From positions 576,001-640,000 of the forward strand of contig CBDBCF010000001.1 in NCBI GenBank assembly GCA_965202985.1: DNA of 64,000 nt. Direction: 5' to 3'. The notes under the pieces were generated by a model. That model did no database searches. It was not told the DNA's origin and was given only the letters and a program-made list of their open reading frames with translations. Made by a program: the position numbers and the translations under genes. This DNA comes from Longimicrobiales bacterium (GTDB lineage: Bacteria; Gemmatimonadota; Gemmatimonadetes; Longimicrobiales; Gaopeijiaceae). The first letter of the stretch is position 1; each line of letters begins with the position of its first letter. This document shows positions 8,688 to 18,747 of this stretch, one piece after another.

Positions 8688-9660
8688 GCCGCGCCTCCGC
8701 TTCGGTCCAATACCCGATGATCTTGTAGACCAGCTTCGCGACCAGGAAGTCGGGCGCGACAAGGCCCGGAATGGGCGCATGCTCCACTACGTCCGCACCG
8801 ACGACCCGACGCTCCGCGAAGACGCGCCGCAGGAACGTGGTGGCTTGGCGCCAAGTGCCGCCGCCGGGCTCGGGCGTGCCCGTCGACGGAACCAGCGACG
8901 GATCGAAGAAGTCCACGTCGAAGGTGAGGTAGACCGGATCGCCCAGCGCTTCCAGCGCCCGGTCCATCCAGCCGTCGTCTTCCGCCATGGCTTCGCCCGT
9001 GAACGCGGTCACGTTGTCCCGCTCCTGCGCGACCCTCCACTCTTCTGCGCCGATCCCCCGGACGCCCACCGAGACCAAATCAACCACGTCGACCACGCGG
9101 CCCATGGCGCAGGCGTGCGAATAGGGGCTGCCGTCGAAGGCGTCCCGCAGGTCCAGGTGGGCGTCCATCTGGAGGACGGCGAGGCGGCCGTCGCAGCGAG
9201 CCGCGTGGGCCAGGATCGCCGGGGCCGACACCGAGTGTTCGCCGCCGAGCATGATCACGCGCCGACCTGCGGCGGCGTCCAGGACGAGGCCGAACGCGCG
9301 TTCCAGCTCCGCCATGGCTCGGTCCGCCGCGCCCCGTTCCAGCTCCAGCGCCGGGAAGGTGTAGACGCCCTCCTCCGACGGGTCGCGGCCCAGCTCCTGG
9401 TCGTACAGCTCCACGTAGCGGGATGCGTCGATGATCGCCTGGGGGCCGCGGCGCGTGTCCGTGCCCCAGCTGGCGGTGGCTTCATAGGGCACCGGCAGGA
9501 GCCACGTGCCCGCCTCGCCGTGGGTCGCCTTGGCCCCGTCCATCCCCAAGAAGACGCGCGGGAGTTCCCACGGAAGCATGGACAAGCCCGACGGCAACTC
9601 GTGGATCGTGCCCTTCCCGGACCGGCTCGCGGTCTCCGGGTCTCTTCGGTTCGGCGTCAT
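8662..9660 (-). CDS. speB: Agmatinase (ureohydrolase family)
   Basis: LGGEHS, DAHLDLRD, SHAC, DVDFFDPS..PSTGTPEPGG; GGAGG RBS before the ATG at 9660. Confidence 0.9.
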   Translation of the reverse strand: MTPNRRDPETASRSGKGTIHELPSGLSMLPWELPRVFLGMDGAKATHGEAGTWLLPVPYEATASWGTDTRRGPQAIIDASRYVELYDQELGRDPSEEGVYTFPALELERGAADRAMAELERAFGLVLDAAAGRRVIMLGGEHSVSAPAILAHAARCDGRLAVLQMDAHLDLRDAFDGSPYSHACAMGRVVDVVDLVSVGVRGIGAEEWRVAQERDNVTAFTGEAMAEDDGWMDRALEALGDPVYLTFDVDFFDPSLVPSTGTPEPGGGTWRQATTFLRRVFAERRVVGADVVEHAPIPGLVAPDFLVAKLVYKIIGYWTEAEARPTASPRAP

Positions 9661-9785
9661 CGCAAAGCGTCCTCCGGCCAACTTGCCTTCTTTGCCCAGT
9701 CAATGGATTCTGGAAGGAAGGCGGCCGCCGGCCAACCGGCAAGCCGCCGAACGTCCGTGAGCCCAATCGCCCGCCGGAGTTCGCC

Positions 9786-11543
9786 GTGGCCATAGACGCA
9801 TCGCAGTTCTGGAGCCAGGTCCGACTCGGCGAAGACTCGGAACTCGAGTTCAAGGAGGTCCGGTTCAGGGGCGCTCGCCTGTCGTCGCCGAAGCGACCTG
9901 CCATTGCCGACGAGCTGGCAGCGCTGGCCAATTCGCAGGGCGGTCGTCTGGTCTTCGGCGTCACCGACAAGCGCCAAGTCCAGTTGCTGGACCCGGAAAA
10001 GCTGGACGCGGTCGCCGACTTCGTGACCGAACTCTGCGCCGACAGCATCGACCCGCCGCTGGACTTCAGCCTTCACCGAGTTCCGACGCCCGAGCAGCCC
10101 GACCACGGGGTGCTGGTCGTGGAGGTACCGGCGCGGCGCGCCGTGCATCGTTCGCCGGGCGGGTTTTTCCGCCGACGGGGAGCCAGCAAGCGGCTCATGG
10201 CGTCTGCCGAGATCCGGCGGCTTCGGGCGAACGGCCGCTTGAGCGTCAAGTCCGCGGATACCCAGGTGGTGGCTGGCACCGGTGTCGCCGCTCTGGATCC
10301 CAGCCTTTGGCGCCGGTACGCCAGTTCGCGGTCGGGGGACGACGACGAGATCGCGTTGAGCAAGCTCAAGTTCGTCAAGGAGGACGCCCAAGGGGTGGTC
10401 CGAGCGACGGTGGGAGGCGTGCTCTTGGCCAGCCGGGACCCCCGCGAATGGCTGCCGGGCGCCTTCATTCATGCGGTCTGCTACGACGACGACCGCATGG
10501 ACGGGGATCGCTAGCTGGATGCGCAGGACATCACCGGACCGCTCGACCAGCAGATTCGGGACGCGGTGCGGTTCGTCGCGCGCAACCGCCGCGTCGCCGC
10601 CCGCAAGGAACCTGCGCGTCGCGACGTGCCCGCGCCGTCTTCGAAGCCATTGTCAACGCCCTGGTCCACCGCGACTACGCCGTTTCCGGCTCCAAGACGC
10701 CTCTTCATGTTCGACGACCGGCTGGAGCTCTACTCTCCCGGCAACCTTGGCAACTCCATGAGCGTGGAGGACTTGCGAACGAGTCAGTTCACGCGCAACG
10801 AGCTGCTGGCGTCGCGGTTGGGCCAGTGTCCGGTCGGCGAGGTGGCGGGCGCCGGCAGTCGGCTGTACTTCATCGAGCGACGGGGCGAGGGAGTCGGCGT
10901 GATCGAAGACGAGACGTTTGCGCTCGCCGGGCGCAAGCCTCTCTTCGAGGTCGTCGGCGACCGGGAGCTGAAGCTGGTCCTGCCGTCAGCCAGTCCGCCC
11001 GTGCCGGACGGCGTCAGTGCCCCGGTCGCCGTCGTCCATGCCGACACGGGCCAACCCCTCCGAGACATCCACGTCCTCATGGTCTACCCCAACAAGACCT
11101 TCCGCGAGGCGCGCACCGACGCCTTCGGCCACGCCGACTTCGAGCTCTACGCCAAGCTCCCCATGACCGTGTTCTGCGCGGCCCATGGCTTCGCTGCCCA
11201 AGTCGTGTCGGATTGGCGGCCTGGGGACGGCGCCGAGCCAGCGTCCGAGGTGCAAATGCGTCCAGTCCCCGACGGCGGTTCCGTGATCTTTCCCGACCGG
11301 ACCGGCCACGTGCCAGGGCTGCGTGGCAGGTTGAACCCCATCCGCGACAGCCTCGATCGCCTGTACGTCTACGCCGACAACGTCGCAGTCAACACCGGCG
11401 TCCCCCAGCCGGTTCACTTCCAGCTCGACGAGCCCCTCGATATGACCGACGCCCACGGGGCCACGGTCACCGTCCGGTTCCGCGAGGTGATCGGCGCATC
11501 CAGCGTGTTGGATTATGCCCTCGGGCTGTCGTCCGTCCGGTAA
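9786..11543 (+). pseudogene. AlbA_2/Schlafen-like domain + HATPase_c_4 protein with an extra C-terminal beta domain; disrupted
   Basis: GEDSELEFKE...ELAALANSQGGRLVFGVTD; TAG at 10512-10514; EAIVNALVHRDY lies in another frame (~10630-10700); RLFMFDDRLELYSPG and RNELLA resume in ORF 10566-11543. Confidence 0.85.
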
Positions 11544-11615
11544 CGCCCGGGGCAGCGAATGCGCCCTCTTTTGTGAGAGGCCGTGCGTGGTCCATCGGAC
11601 GCACTTCATTGCCCA

Positions 11616-11675
11616 CGTAAACCAAATCGCCCCTTCGTCCCATCTACATGGTACCGCGGCGAGAGACATTGGGCC
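11616..11675 (+). promoter_or_regulatory. Conserved motif copy 3, putative ECF promoter (GTAAAC-N18-CATCTA)
   Basis: CGTAAACCAAATCGCCCCTTCGTCCCATCTA; the downstream leader is more diverged than in copies 1 and 2. Confidence 0.65.
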
Positions 11676-11826
11676 GATCAGCCATCAGTCAGGGGGTTGG
11701 CGAACGGCTTCGGATATTGCGGAAGGACATGCGCTCGTGTACCTTGAAAACACATGTCGCCGGACCGGGGGCCGCTTCGGGCTGCCCGGAAAGCGATCAG
11801 CCCTGCAAGATGGAGGTGACCAAGCG

Positions 11827-12135
11827 ATGCTGGATCGGATAACGAGGAAACTGCTGCTGGGCGTCGCGCTTCTTCCTATCGCGGTAGCTTGCGACGGAAG
11901 CGGGGTAACGTCAGCCCAGGTCTCGACGCCCGAGGAGTTTGAGGCGCACCTGATCGATGAGGGGGCGACTCCCGTCGTGGCACGACTCATTCGACACGCC
12001 ATCGAACTCGAGGACGGCGAGGTGCTTCGCTTTGGGCCCACAGGCTCGCTAGCCGATACCGACCGGGTGTTGCGAAGGTACAGCCTGCCGGACGGGATGG
12101 AGGCTGTCGTCGTTCCTAAAGGAGGGGACAGATGA
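11827..12135 (+). CDS. Small hypothetical lipoprotein
   Basis: GGAGGT RBS; MLDRITRKLLLGVALLPIAVAC lipobox. Confidence 0.7.
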   Translation: MLDRITRKLLLGVALLPIAVACDGSGVTSAQVSTPEEFEAHLIDEGATPVVARLIRHAIELEDGEVLRFGPTGSLADTDRVLRRYSLPDGMEAVVVPKGGDR

Positions 12136-12397
12136 GCCGCAAGGGACTACCCTTTTTCCTGCGACGGCTCTGCTGCTGGTTCACGGAGCAGTATCTGTGT
12201 CAGGTCAGGACGAGCACCCGGAACCTGACTGCTCGACAGACGAGGACAAGCCAAGTCGGTGGAAGCCGTGGACTTGGGATAACTGGGACGACTTCAAGGA
12301 CTGCATACTAGACGAGATGCGGGAAGGCTGTCGCCGGGGATCTATCCACGAGGTGCACGATCAGACGCACTTCCACTGTACTGAGGACGCTTCATGA
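12132..12397 (+). pseudogene. Small secreted 4-Cys protein, frameshifted near 12160
   Basis: GGAGGGG RBS and ATGA overlap; MSRKGLPFF/ATALLLVHGAVSVSG-QDEHPEPDC...WDDFKDCILDEMREGCRRG...HFHC. Confidence 0.6.
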
Positions 12398-12654
12398 ACA
12401 CATCTAAGGGGGTTGCGAGGGCCTTGGTTCTTGGGAGCTTGGTCCTAATTTTCTTCCCAGTGCCCGAAGAAGCGCGCCCTCAGTCGGAGTCGGAGGGGTG
12501 CTCTCTGCACTGGACGGAGGAGACGGACGACGAAGACTGGAAGGAGTTTCTGGGAGTGCGCCGATAGGAGTACGAGAGGTGTGACCGCCAGGGCGAGCTG
12601 TCGATGACAAGACACGGCGACCACTACGACCTGCATTTCAAGGGCAGTTGCTAG
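12394..12654 (+). pseudogene. Small secreted Cys-containing protein with an internal TAG at 12565 (or two compensating indels)
   Basis: ATGA overlap; MNTSKGVARALVLGSLVLIFFPVPEEARPQSESEGCSLHW...DWKEFL..; in-frame continuation EYERCDRQGELSMTRHGDHYDLHFKGSC*. Confidence 0.55.
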
Positions 12655-12663
12655 GAGGGCGAA

Positions 12664-12918
12664 ATGGCAATAGTGCCGGATCGCGCCGAGCGTTTTCGGA
12701 CCGCGCTGGTCTGCGGTTGGGTTGGGTGGCTTCTGGCCTACGCCTATACCCTGTGGCAGTGCTGGGCTTGTGGCGTGGGGAGCGAAAGACTGCTGGTCGC
12801 CGTGGCCAGTCCTTTTTCCGTTGCGATGGCGACTGCGGGAGCGTTGCTCGGCTGGATCGCGACGGCGGTTCGCCAGCGTAAGGCGCGAAAATCCGTTTCG
12901 GGGCGGCCCGAGGCCTAA
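12664..12918 (+). CDS. Small two-TM membrane protein
   Basis: GGAGGG RBS; two hydrophobic helices and a basic C-terminal tail. Confidence 0.6.
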   Translation: MAIVPDRAERFRTALVCGWVGWLLAYAYTLWQCWACGVGSERLLVAVASPFSVAMATAGALLGWIATAVRQRKARKSVSGRPEA

Positions 12919-13007
12919 GGTTCCGGTAGCTCGGACCGGATCGGGAGCCGACGAGGCCGCAGGTTCGGCGTCCCCAGGCCGAGCCGAACCACGGACTTGG
13001 CCCGACC

Positions 13008-13088
13008 AAGGTCTACGTGGACCACCTGCAGAACGGCCACGGCCGCCTGATCGCGGCGTCGTACTGCGTGCGCCCCCTTCCCGGTGCC
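13008..13088 (+). pseudogene. Short fragment resembling the LigD polymerase (primase-like) domain C-terminus
   Basis: KVYVDHLQNGHGRLIAASYCVRPLPGA resembles the LigD Pol motif (K.Y.DYLQN..G....APYSVR..PGA). Confidence 0.6.
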
Positions 13089-13265
13089 GACCCGATCCAC
13101 ACCCAGATCACGCCCATCGTGCACCTGGGCAAGGCCTACCTGGAGGAAAACCGGCGTAGGGTCATTCTCCTTCCCAGGCAAGCCGTTGCCCCTCGGCAGA
13201 CGCTAGGGTAAGGTGGGCGTAAGTTAGCCTGACATCTAAGCTAGGAACGGCGGGCCGCACGGCCA

Positions 13266-13308
13266 GGCCGGGCTCCGGCGTCGGTGCAGATCGAGCCGCG
13301 GCCCGGCC
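13266..13308 (+). promoter_or_regulatory. GC-rich hairpin homologous to 623-659
   Basis: GGCCGGGCTCCGG...AGATCGAGCCGCGGCCCGGCC upstream of propeller A3. Confidence 0.5.
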
Positions 13309-13369
13309 ATTCACTTTGCGAACGAATCGGAGCCACAAAATGCTAGCCTTTCGCGCAAAACCCCTAACC

Positions 13370-14410
13370 ATGCGCGCACACATCCTTTCCCGGCTGGTCG
13401 TCGCAGTGCTGGCAACGTTCGTCGTTCAGGCGGCGTGCGGGGACGCCTCCAGCCGGCCGGCGGCATCGTATCCTTTCGCGGCCGACGCGGATCGGGCCGT
13501 CGCCGACTTCGCCGAAGTCTTTCGAGTCGTGGACACGCTTGTCATGGCGGAGAACGACAGCGTCGTGATCGGGAGTCCGCTCGTCCGCTTCGACGGCGAG
13601 GACTTTGTAATGGCGGACCTCTTCTCTGCACAGGTCCGTTTGTATACCCGACGCGGCGAACTGCTGTGGGCACGGGGACAGCACGGCGACGGACCCGGCG
13701 AGTTTCTTTCTCCGGTGTCGGCCCGCCGAACAACCGACGGACGGGTGGTCGTGGCAGACATTTCGGCCACGAGGGCAACCTACTTCGAGCCCACATTGGA
13801 CCTTGAACCTGCGACAGCAGATGTCCCGTTCCTGACCCTGGACTACATCGACGTGGGCAATGGACGGCGGTTGATCGTGGGCGAAGCGCTAGGCGCATCG
13901 GGCCGTCCCCAAAGCATGCTTCACTTGTGGGACGCCGCATCGCGCACCGTGGAACGCTCGTTCATGGCCGATCCGTTTCCGCCGGAGCTGGCCGCGGCTT
14001 GGGAGAACGTGCTGTACGTGGACGCCCAAGTCGCAAGGGACACGATCTGGGCCGTGTCGGCCCTTTCCGACAGCGTGTACGCGTTCCTGTTGGACGGCGC
14101 CTCGGCCGGTACGGTTCCCCTGCCGTTGAGCCCGCAACCGGAGACGGACGGGGACTTGGCCCCCCTTTGGCTGGCAGCGCACGTGCACATGCTCGACGAC
14201 GGCGACATCGCGGTTCAGCTCTACGACGTCGACATGGAAACGCAGGCGCGCACATGGCACTTGGCCGTGGTCGGGCGAGACGGAGCGCCGAAAGCACTGC
14301 TCCGCGACACGCCCAAGCTGTACGTGGTGGCGAACGACCTGTTCTACTTCCAGAGTCCAGACCACCTAGAACCGAACCGATGGATCGCGGCCCGTCGGAA
14401 GGGCGGCTGA
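13370..14410 (+). CDS. 6-bladed beta-propeller lipoprotein (paralog A3)
   Basis: Lipobox VQAAC; GQHGDGPGEF; ALLRDTPKLYVVA identical to A1. Confidence 0.85.
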   Translation: MRAHILSRLVVAVLATFVVQAACGDASSRPAASYPFAADADRAVADFAEVFRVVDTLVMAENDSVVIGSPLVRFDGEDFVMADLFSAQVRLYTRRGELLWARGQHGDGPGEFLSPVSARRTTDGRVVVADISATRATYFEPTLDLEPATADVPFLTLDYIDVGNGRRLIVGEALGASGRPQSMLHLWDAASRTVERSFMADPFPPELAAAWENVLYVDAQVARDTIWAVSALSDSVYAFLLDGASAGTVPLPLSPQPETDGDLAPLWLAAHVHMLDDGDIAVQLYDVDMETQARTWHLAVVGRDGAPKALLRDTPKLYVVANDLFYFQSPDHLEPNRWIAARRKGG

Positions 14411-14438
14411 CGGAAGCCGCCGCCGAGGGGGCCGTCGC

Positions 14439-14840
14439 CTACGAGGAGGAAGTTGCCCGGTTGCGACGCCGAACGCCGAGCGCCACGCAGGCGAACGATG
14501 CGATCCAACACCAGTACCCGATCAGCAGGTCGTCCACCGAGCCGCTGTCCGCCATTGCTCGTCCGGTCCAATAGAGGAAGTTGAACGCGGTCGCACCCGC
14601 CAGGGCCGGAAGCGCCCAACGCGCCCGCTTCGCAAAGGTGGCGACGGGCAAGAGCACGTTCGTGAGCGCGCTTGCGATGCTCCCGACTCTGGTCGTGTCG
14701 ATGAAGAGCGCGAGCACGAGGGCCTCCCAGCCTCGCGATATCCCAAACGAAGAGTCGGCCGGTAGCGCCAGCGAGACCCCGAACAGGAGCCACCCGACTG
14801 CGAGAAGGTAGGTCGAACGTCTGTCGCTGGCGTCGTCCAT
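14439..14840 (-). CDS. Hypothetical membrane protein
   Basis: GGAGG RBS; about four hydrophobic segments; C-terminal L.IGYW.W..S. Confidence 0.7.
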   Translation of the reverse strand: MDDASDRRSTYLLAVGWLLFGVSLALPADSSFGISRGWEALVLALFIDTTRVGSIASALTNVLLPVATFAKRARWALPALAGATAFNFLYWTGRAMADSGSVDDLLIGYWCWIASFACVALGVRRRNRATSSS

Positions 14841-14946
14841 GGTTCCTCCCGAGTCGTGCGTGATTCGCCCGGCCCCGCCCGATTCGCGTAGCTTACGGCC
14901 CGCCGCCAGCAGCTGGCAATAGAGGCCGTCCCCGTCCCATCCAGCC

Positions 14947-16041
14947 ATGGAATCGCCCGCACGCCATCAAACCGAGCCCGAGCCGCCGACCGACCGAGCG
15001 ACCACCAAGCGCCCGACCACGCCGGCGGCGGAAGAGATTCTGGGAGGCTACTTCCCCGTTCTGGACCACGGGTTCGTGGCGCTGTTGGACTACATGGGGG
15101 GCGACCAGGCCATCGAGCGCGCGGCTAGGGTCAGCTACGGCCACGGTACGCGCCACGTCTCCCGGACTCGGGGGCTCCTGCGATATCTGCGGCGGCACCT
15201 GCACACCACGCCGTCGGAGATGGTCGAGCTCAAGTTCCACTGCGCGATGCCCGTCTTCGTGGCGCGCCAGTGGATTCGTCACCGCACGGCCTCGGTGAAC
15301 GAGTACAGCGGCCGGTACTCGCTGATGCCGCTGCTGTTCTACCGTCCCGACGAGGAGCAGTTCGCGCTCCAGAGCACGGCCAACAAGCAGGGGCGCACGC
15401 AGCAGCCGCTGCCCGGCTTCGACCAGCACGGACTGGCGCCCGGCTCCGAACTCTACCAAGGCGCAATCGACCGCTGGAACGCGGCCCGCGAGCAAGCCGC
15501 CGAAGCTTATGGCTGGCTGGTGAAGGAAGACGTGGCCCGCGAGCTGGCCCGGATCGACCTGCCGCTGTCCACCTATACGCAGTGGTACTGGAAGATCGAC
15601 CTCCACAACCTGCTCCACTTCCTGACCCTGCGCGTGGACGCCCACGCCCAGTGGGAGATACGGGAGTACGCCCGCGTGATGGCGGGAATGGTCAAGCGGG
15701 TCGCTCCCCTGAGCTACGAGGCGTGGATCGACTACCAAGTGGCGGGGGCGCGTCTGTCGCGGGGAGAACTCGAGGCTTTGTCGCGGTTGGTGTCGGTGCA
15801 AGAGGACGGGGTTGCGGCGCGGGGGGATGGAACGCCAGGCGAAGACGACTGCGCCGGGGCCGCGCGCCTTTCCGACGACGACTTGGAGGGATTGGGCCTG
15901 TCGCCCCGCGAGGTGCGGGAGCTCAAGGCCAAGCTGGCGCCGGGGCCGGTCCCCGAGTTCGACCTGGACTTGGCCGAAATGCGGGACGCCGGGGAGGTGG
16001 AGGCGGAAACGGCGGCGGCGGTGCCCGATGTCGACCGATAG
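14947..16041 (+). CDS. thyX: FAD-dependent thymidylate synthase
   Basis: AARVSY, H.TP.EMV, PVFVARQWIRHRTASVNEYSGRY (RHRx7S motif), LRVDAHAQWEIR. Confidence 0.97.
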   Translation: MESPARHQTEPEPPTDRATTKRPTTPAAEEILGGYFPVLDHGFVALLDYMGGDQAIERAARVSYGHGTRHVSRTRGLLRYLRRHLHTTPSEMVELKFHCAMPVFVARQWIRHRTASVNEYSGRYSLMPLLFYRPDEEQFALQSTANKQGRTQQPLPGFDQHGLAPGSELYQGAIDRWNAAREQAAEAYGWLVKEDVARELARIDLPLSTYTQWYWKIDLHNLLHFLTLRVDAHAQWEIREYARVMAGMVKRVAPLSYEAWIDYQVAGARLSRGELEALSRLVSVQEDGVAARGDGTPGEDDCAGAARLSDDDLEGLGLSPREVRELKAKLAPGPVPEFDLDLAEMRDAGEVEAETAAAVPDVDR

Positions 16042-16141
16042 CCGACGCTCGCGGGCGGGGTCGGGTCGGCGTCGGGCGGCCTCCGAGAGGCGGTGCGCGG
16101 CAGCAGGCGTTCGACGGACGGGACGGACGGCGACAGCAACG

Positions 16142-16774
16142 ATGGCGGGTGCGCTTCTGGGAGTCGCCAGCGCGGTGCTGGCGGGCTGGGCACCGGGAGC
16201 GAGCGCCCTGGCCGCCCAGGAGCACGAACTTCGTCAGTGGGACGTGTTGCGCGTCACCGGGGCGACGGTGCTTCGGGGCGGACCCGCGTCGCCGCCCAGG
16301 CTGCTCCCCGTCGCCTTGGAGGGCAGAGTGGCAGGGATGCGGGGCGATACGCTGCTCTTTGAGACGAAAGACGAGCCGATCTACTGGATCCCTTTGAGCG
16401 CGGGCCCGCCCCTGGTGGAGCGTCGCGCGCAGGTCACGGACAGGACCCGACTGACTCTGGTGTCGTCGGCGGTAGCGGGTGCGGCGGGCGCGACGTTTGC
16501 CTGGGGGCTCCACGACGGCTGCGGCGATCGGCCGCCCTCCCTGGCGAGCGCCTGCGACGAAAGGGAAAGCGGGAGCCGCGCGGCGTTGCGGGGCTTCGTT
16601 GCCGGGGTTGCGATCGGCGCGGCGGCGGGGCTCGTCTTGAGTCGCTTCGCCAAGCGATGGGGATGGGTGCCCGTGCCCGCCGACGCGATCCGCTACAGGC
16701 CTTGGCCGACTACGGACGACTCGGTTCGGCGCTCCGGCGGCGGTCTTCGTCCGCGGCTCGGGCCGCGTCGATGA
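16142..16774 (+). CDS. Hypothetical exported/membrane protein
   Basis: Signal-like N-terminus ending ALAA-Q and two Gly-rich TM segments; start uncertain; 3' end overlaps the next gene. Confidence 0.55.
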   Translation: MAGALLGVASAVLAGWAPGASALAAQEHELRQWDVLRVTGATVLRGGPASPPRLLPVALEGRVAGMRGDTLLFETKDEPIYWIPLSAGPPLVERRAQVTDRTRLTLVSSAVAGAAGATFAWGLHDGCGDRPPSLASACDERESGSRAALRGFVAGVAIGAAAGLVLSRFAKRWGWVPVPADAIRYRPWPTTDDSVRRSGGGLRPRLGPRR

Positions 16775-17150
16775 TCGCTTCCATGTGGGACAGGTACGCG
16801 TCCAGCGCGCGCCGGCCCTCGGATGTGAGTCGGTACCGCGTGACTGGCATTCGCTTGCCGCGTCGCTTGTCGCGGGACACGTAGCCGGCTTCCTCCAGCT
16901 TCCGAAGGTGGACCGACAGGTTGCCGTCGGTCAGGCCCAAGACGTTCTTCAGGTCCGAAAACGCCAGCGACTCCTCGGGAGCCAGTGCCGACGCGATTCC
17001 CAGCCGGACGCGCTGGTGAACCATGTTGTCCAGTTTTCCGGCGCTTCGGCCGGCTTGGCGCCGACGCCGTCCCTGTGCACCACCACCGGGTTCGCCGCTG
17101 CGTCCGTCCTGCGAACCGACGCGCGCCCGCGCACTGCTTCCCTCCGCCAC
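16710..17150 (-). CDS. Winged-helix (MarR/ArsR-like, HTH_34) transcriptional regulator
   Basis: LDNMVHQRVRLGIASAL...FSDLK..LGLTDGNLSVHLRKLEEAGYV...TRYRLTSEGRRAL. Confidence 0.9.
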   Translation of the reverse strand: MAEGSSARARVGSQDGRSGEPGGGAQGRRRRQAGRSAGKLDNMVHQRVRLGIASALAPEESLAFSDLKNVLGLTDGNLSVHLRKLEEAGYVSRDKRRGKRMPVTRYRLTSEGRRALDAYLSHMEAIIDAARAADEDRRRSAEPSRP

Positions 17151-17157
17151 CGCCCGT

Positions 17158-17751
17158 TCAGCTCCCGTACCTGCGCAGGACGAAGAGTCCGCCGGCCAGG
17201 TGGATGCCCCCGAACCCCATCGCCATGAAGTGGTCCCCCCACGCCGGACCCGCGGCCACGGCGGCGATTCCCGTCGCCATGAACGCCGCGCCCATGACGG
17301 GGATCGCGGGAACCGCCCACAGCCCTGCGGCCGACAGTCCCCCGCCGAACACCAACAGCCACATGGCCGGCAACAGCTCGGTTGCGCCGGCGGCATGCAG
17401 CGCGAACGTCAGCGCCCCGCCCGCGAAGACCGTCGGCCCCAGCCCCAGAACGAACCGGCGGCCGGCACCTCGGGCCAAAGGCTGCCCCGCCCTTCGAGCC
17501 TTGACGGCAATCGACGAGGCGCCGACCGCAAACGCCAGCGCCGCGGCCGCGAGCCAAGTCGCCAGCCAGGGGCCCGCACTCGGCTGGGAATGGGCCACGG
17601 GCGCGGCACCTGCGGCCACCGCGCTGACGCCGACGCCGCCCCAGCCCGAGAACGCCGTGAATCGGCTCGACCGGTCCATCGTCCGCCGGATGTAGGCCAG
17701 GTCGCTTGCGGCCTTGCCGTGAACCGCACGGACTTGCGTTGCGTCGGTCAT
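17158..17751 (-). CDS. Multi-pass membrane protein co-transcribed with the regulator
   Basis: DLAYIRRTMDRS N-terminus; about six TM helices; GFGGIHL near the C-terminus. Confidence 0.8.
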   Translation of the reverse strand: MTDATQVRAVHGKAASDLAYIRRTMDRSSRFTAFSGWGGVGVSAVAAGAAPVAHSQPSAGPWLATWLAAAALAFAVGASSIAVKARRAGQPLARGAGRRFVLGLGPTVFAGGALTFALHAAGATELLPAMWLLVFGGGLSAAGLWAVPAIPVMGAAFMATGIAAVAAGPAWGDHFMAMGFGGIHLAGGLFVLRRYGS

Positions 17752-17787
17752 GCGGCTCGTTCGCGGGTCATGCGGTCCGCTGGTCGG

Positions 17788-18747
17788 TCACGCCGCCCGC
17801 TCGTAGGTGTAGAGGAAGTTGGTGAAGCCTCGGTCGTAGTCCGACAGGCCGTTTTGACCGGTGAGCTTCATGCGGGCGTCGTAGACCTCCCTCATCGCGC
17901 GGGCCAGCGCTCCCCCCTTCCCCTCGGGCGGGCGCAGGCGGCGGAAGTCCTCCAGGACGCTGCCCTCCAGCGGGGTGGAGTCCAGCAGCTCGGCGTAGCG
18001 GTCGGGGTCGTCGCCGTCCAGCACGCGCAAGTTGCGGTAGACGCGCTCGGCCAAGGCCGCCCGCCGAAGACGCCCGTCGCGAGAACCGGCCAGAGCCAAG
18101 TAGGCCAGCGCCTGGGCCTCGAGCTCCTTCAGGTAGCCCTTCCTGTGGCAGAACTCGTGCGCCAGGATGTGGGGCTCGAAGACGCCCGTGTCGCGGAAGA
18201 CGGCCACATCGCCCGACAGGATGTCGCAGCTGCCCGAGGCGAAGGGCATGATCAGCCGCGCCAGCGTCATCTCGCGCACCGAGCTGCTGGTTTCGACCCG
18301 CTGCCCGGTGACCCCGGCCAAGTACGACGTGAGACGCTCGTTCACGTCGACGGCCAGCTCGGCGCGGGTGCGGCGGCTTCGCGGCGCGTCGTCGCGGTCG
18401 GAGGCGTCCTTGCGGTCGCGGGCATCCACGCCGTCGGGGTCCTCCACGGCCATGAGCGCTTCGGAGTAGCGAGCCACGTCGTCCAGCCGCCGGGACTCGG
18501 GCATCTCGTCCATGTGGCGCACGTCCGACCCGAAGGTCCGAAGGAAGTCGATCTTCTTGACGCCGCGCCGACTGGCCCAGTCGCCCAGCGCGCTGCCGGC
18601 GTAGGCGCCCAACGCCGCCGCCTGAATCAGCCGTCCGGGGAGGGTGGCGCCGATCAACAGCCGCGACGCGATGGGGGCGGCGAACACCAGATCGGCCAGC
18701 GCAATGGGCGAATAGGTCGCGCTGTTGGGGATGCGTATCGTCTCCAT
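17788..18747 (-). CDS. DUF3810-like HExxH metallopeptidase-family protein
   Basis: PHILAHEFCHRKGYLKELEAQALAYLA; GGAGG RBS. Confidence 0.7.
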   Translation of the reverse strand: METIRIPNSATYSPIALADLVFAAPIASRLLIGATLPGRLIQAAALGAYAGSALGDWASRRGVKKIDFLRTFGSDVRHMDEMPESRRLDDVARYSEALMAVEDPDGVDARDRKDASDRDDAPRSRRTRAELAVDVNERLTSYLAGVTGQRVETSSSVREMTLARLIMPFASGSCDILSGDVAVFRDTGVFEPHILAHEFCHRKGYLKELEAQALAYLALAGSRDGRLRRAALAERVYRNLRVLDGDDPDRYAELLDSTPLEGSVLEDFRRLRPPEGKGGALARAMREVYDARMKLTGQNGLSDYDRGFTNFLYTYERAA

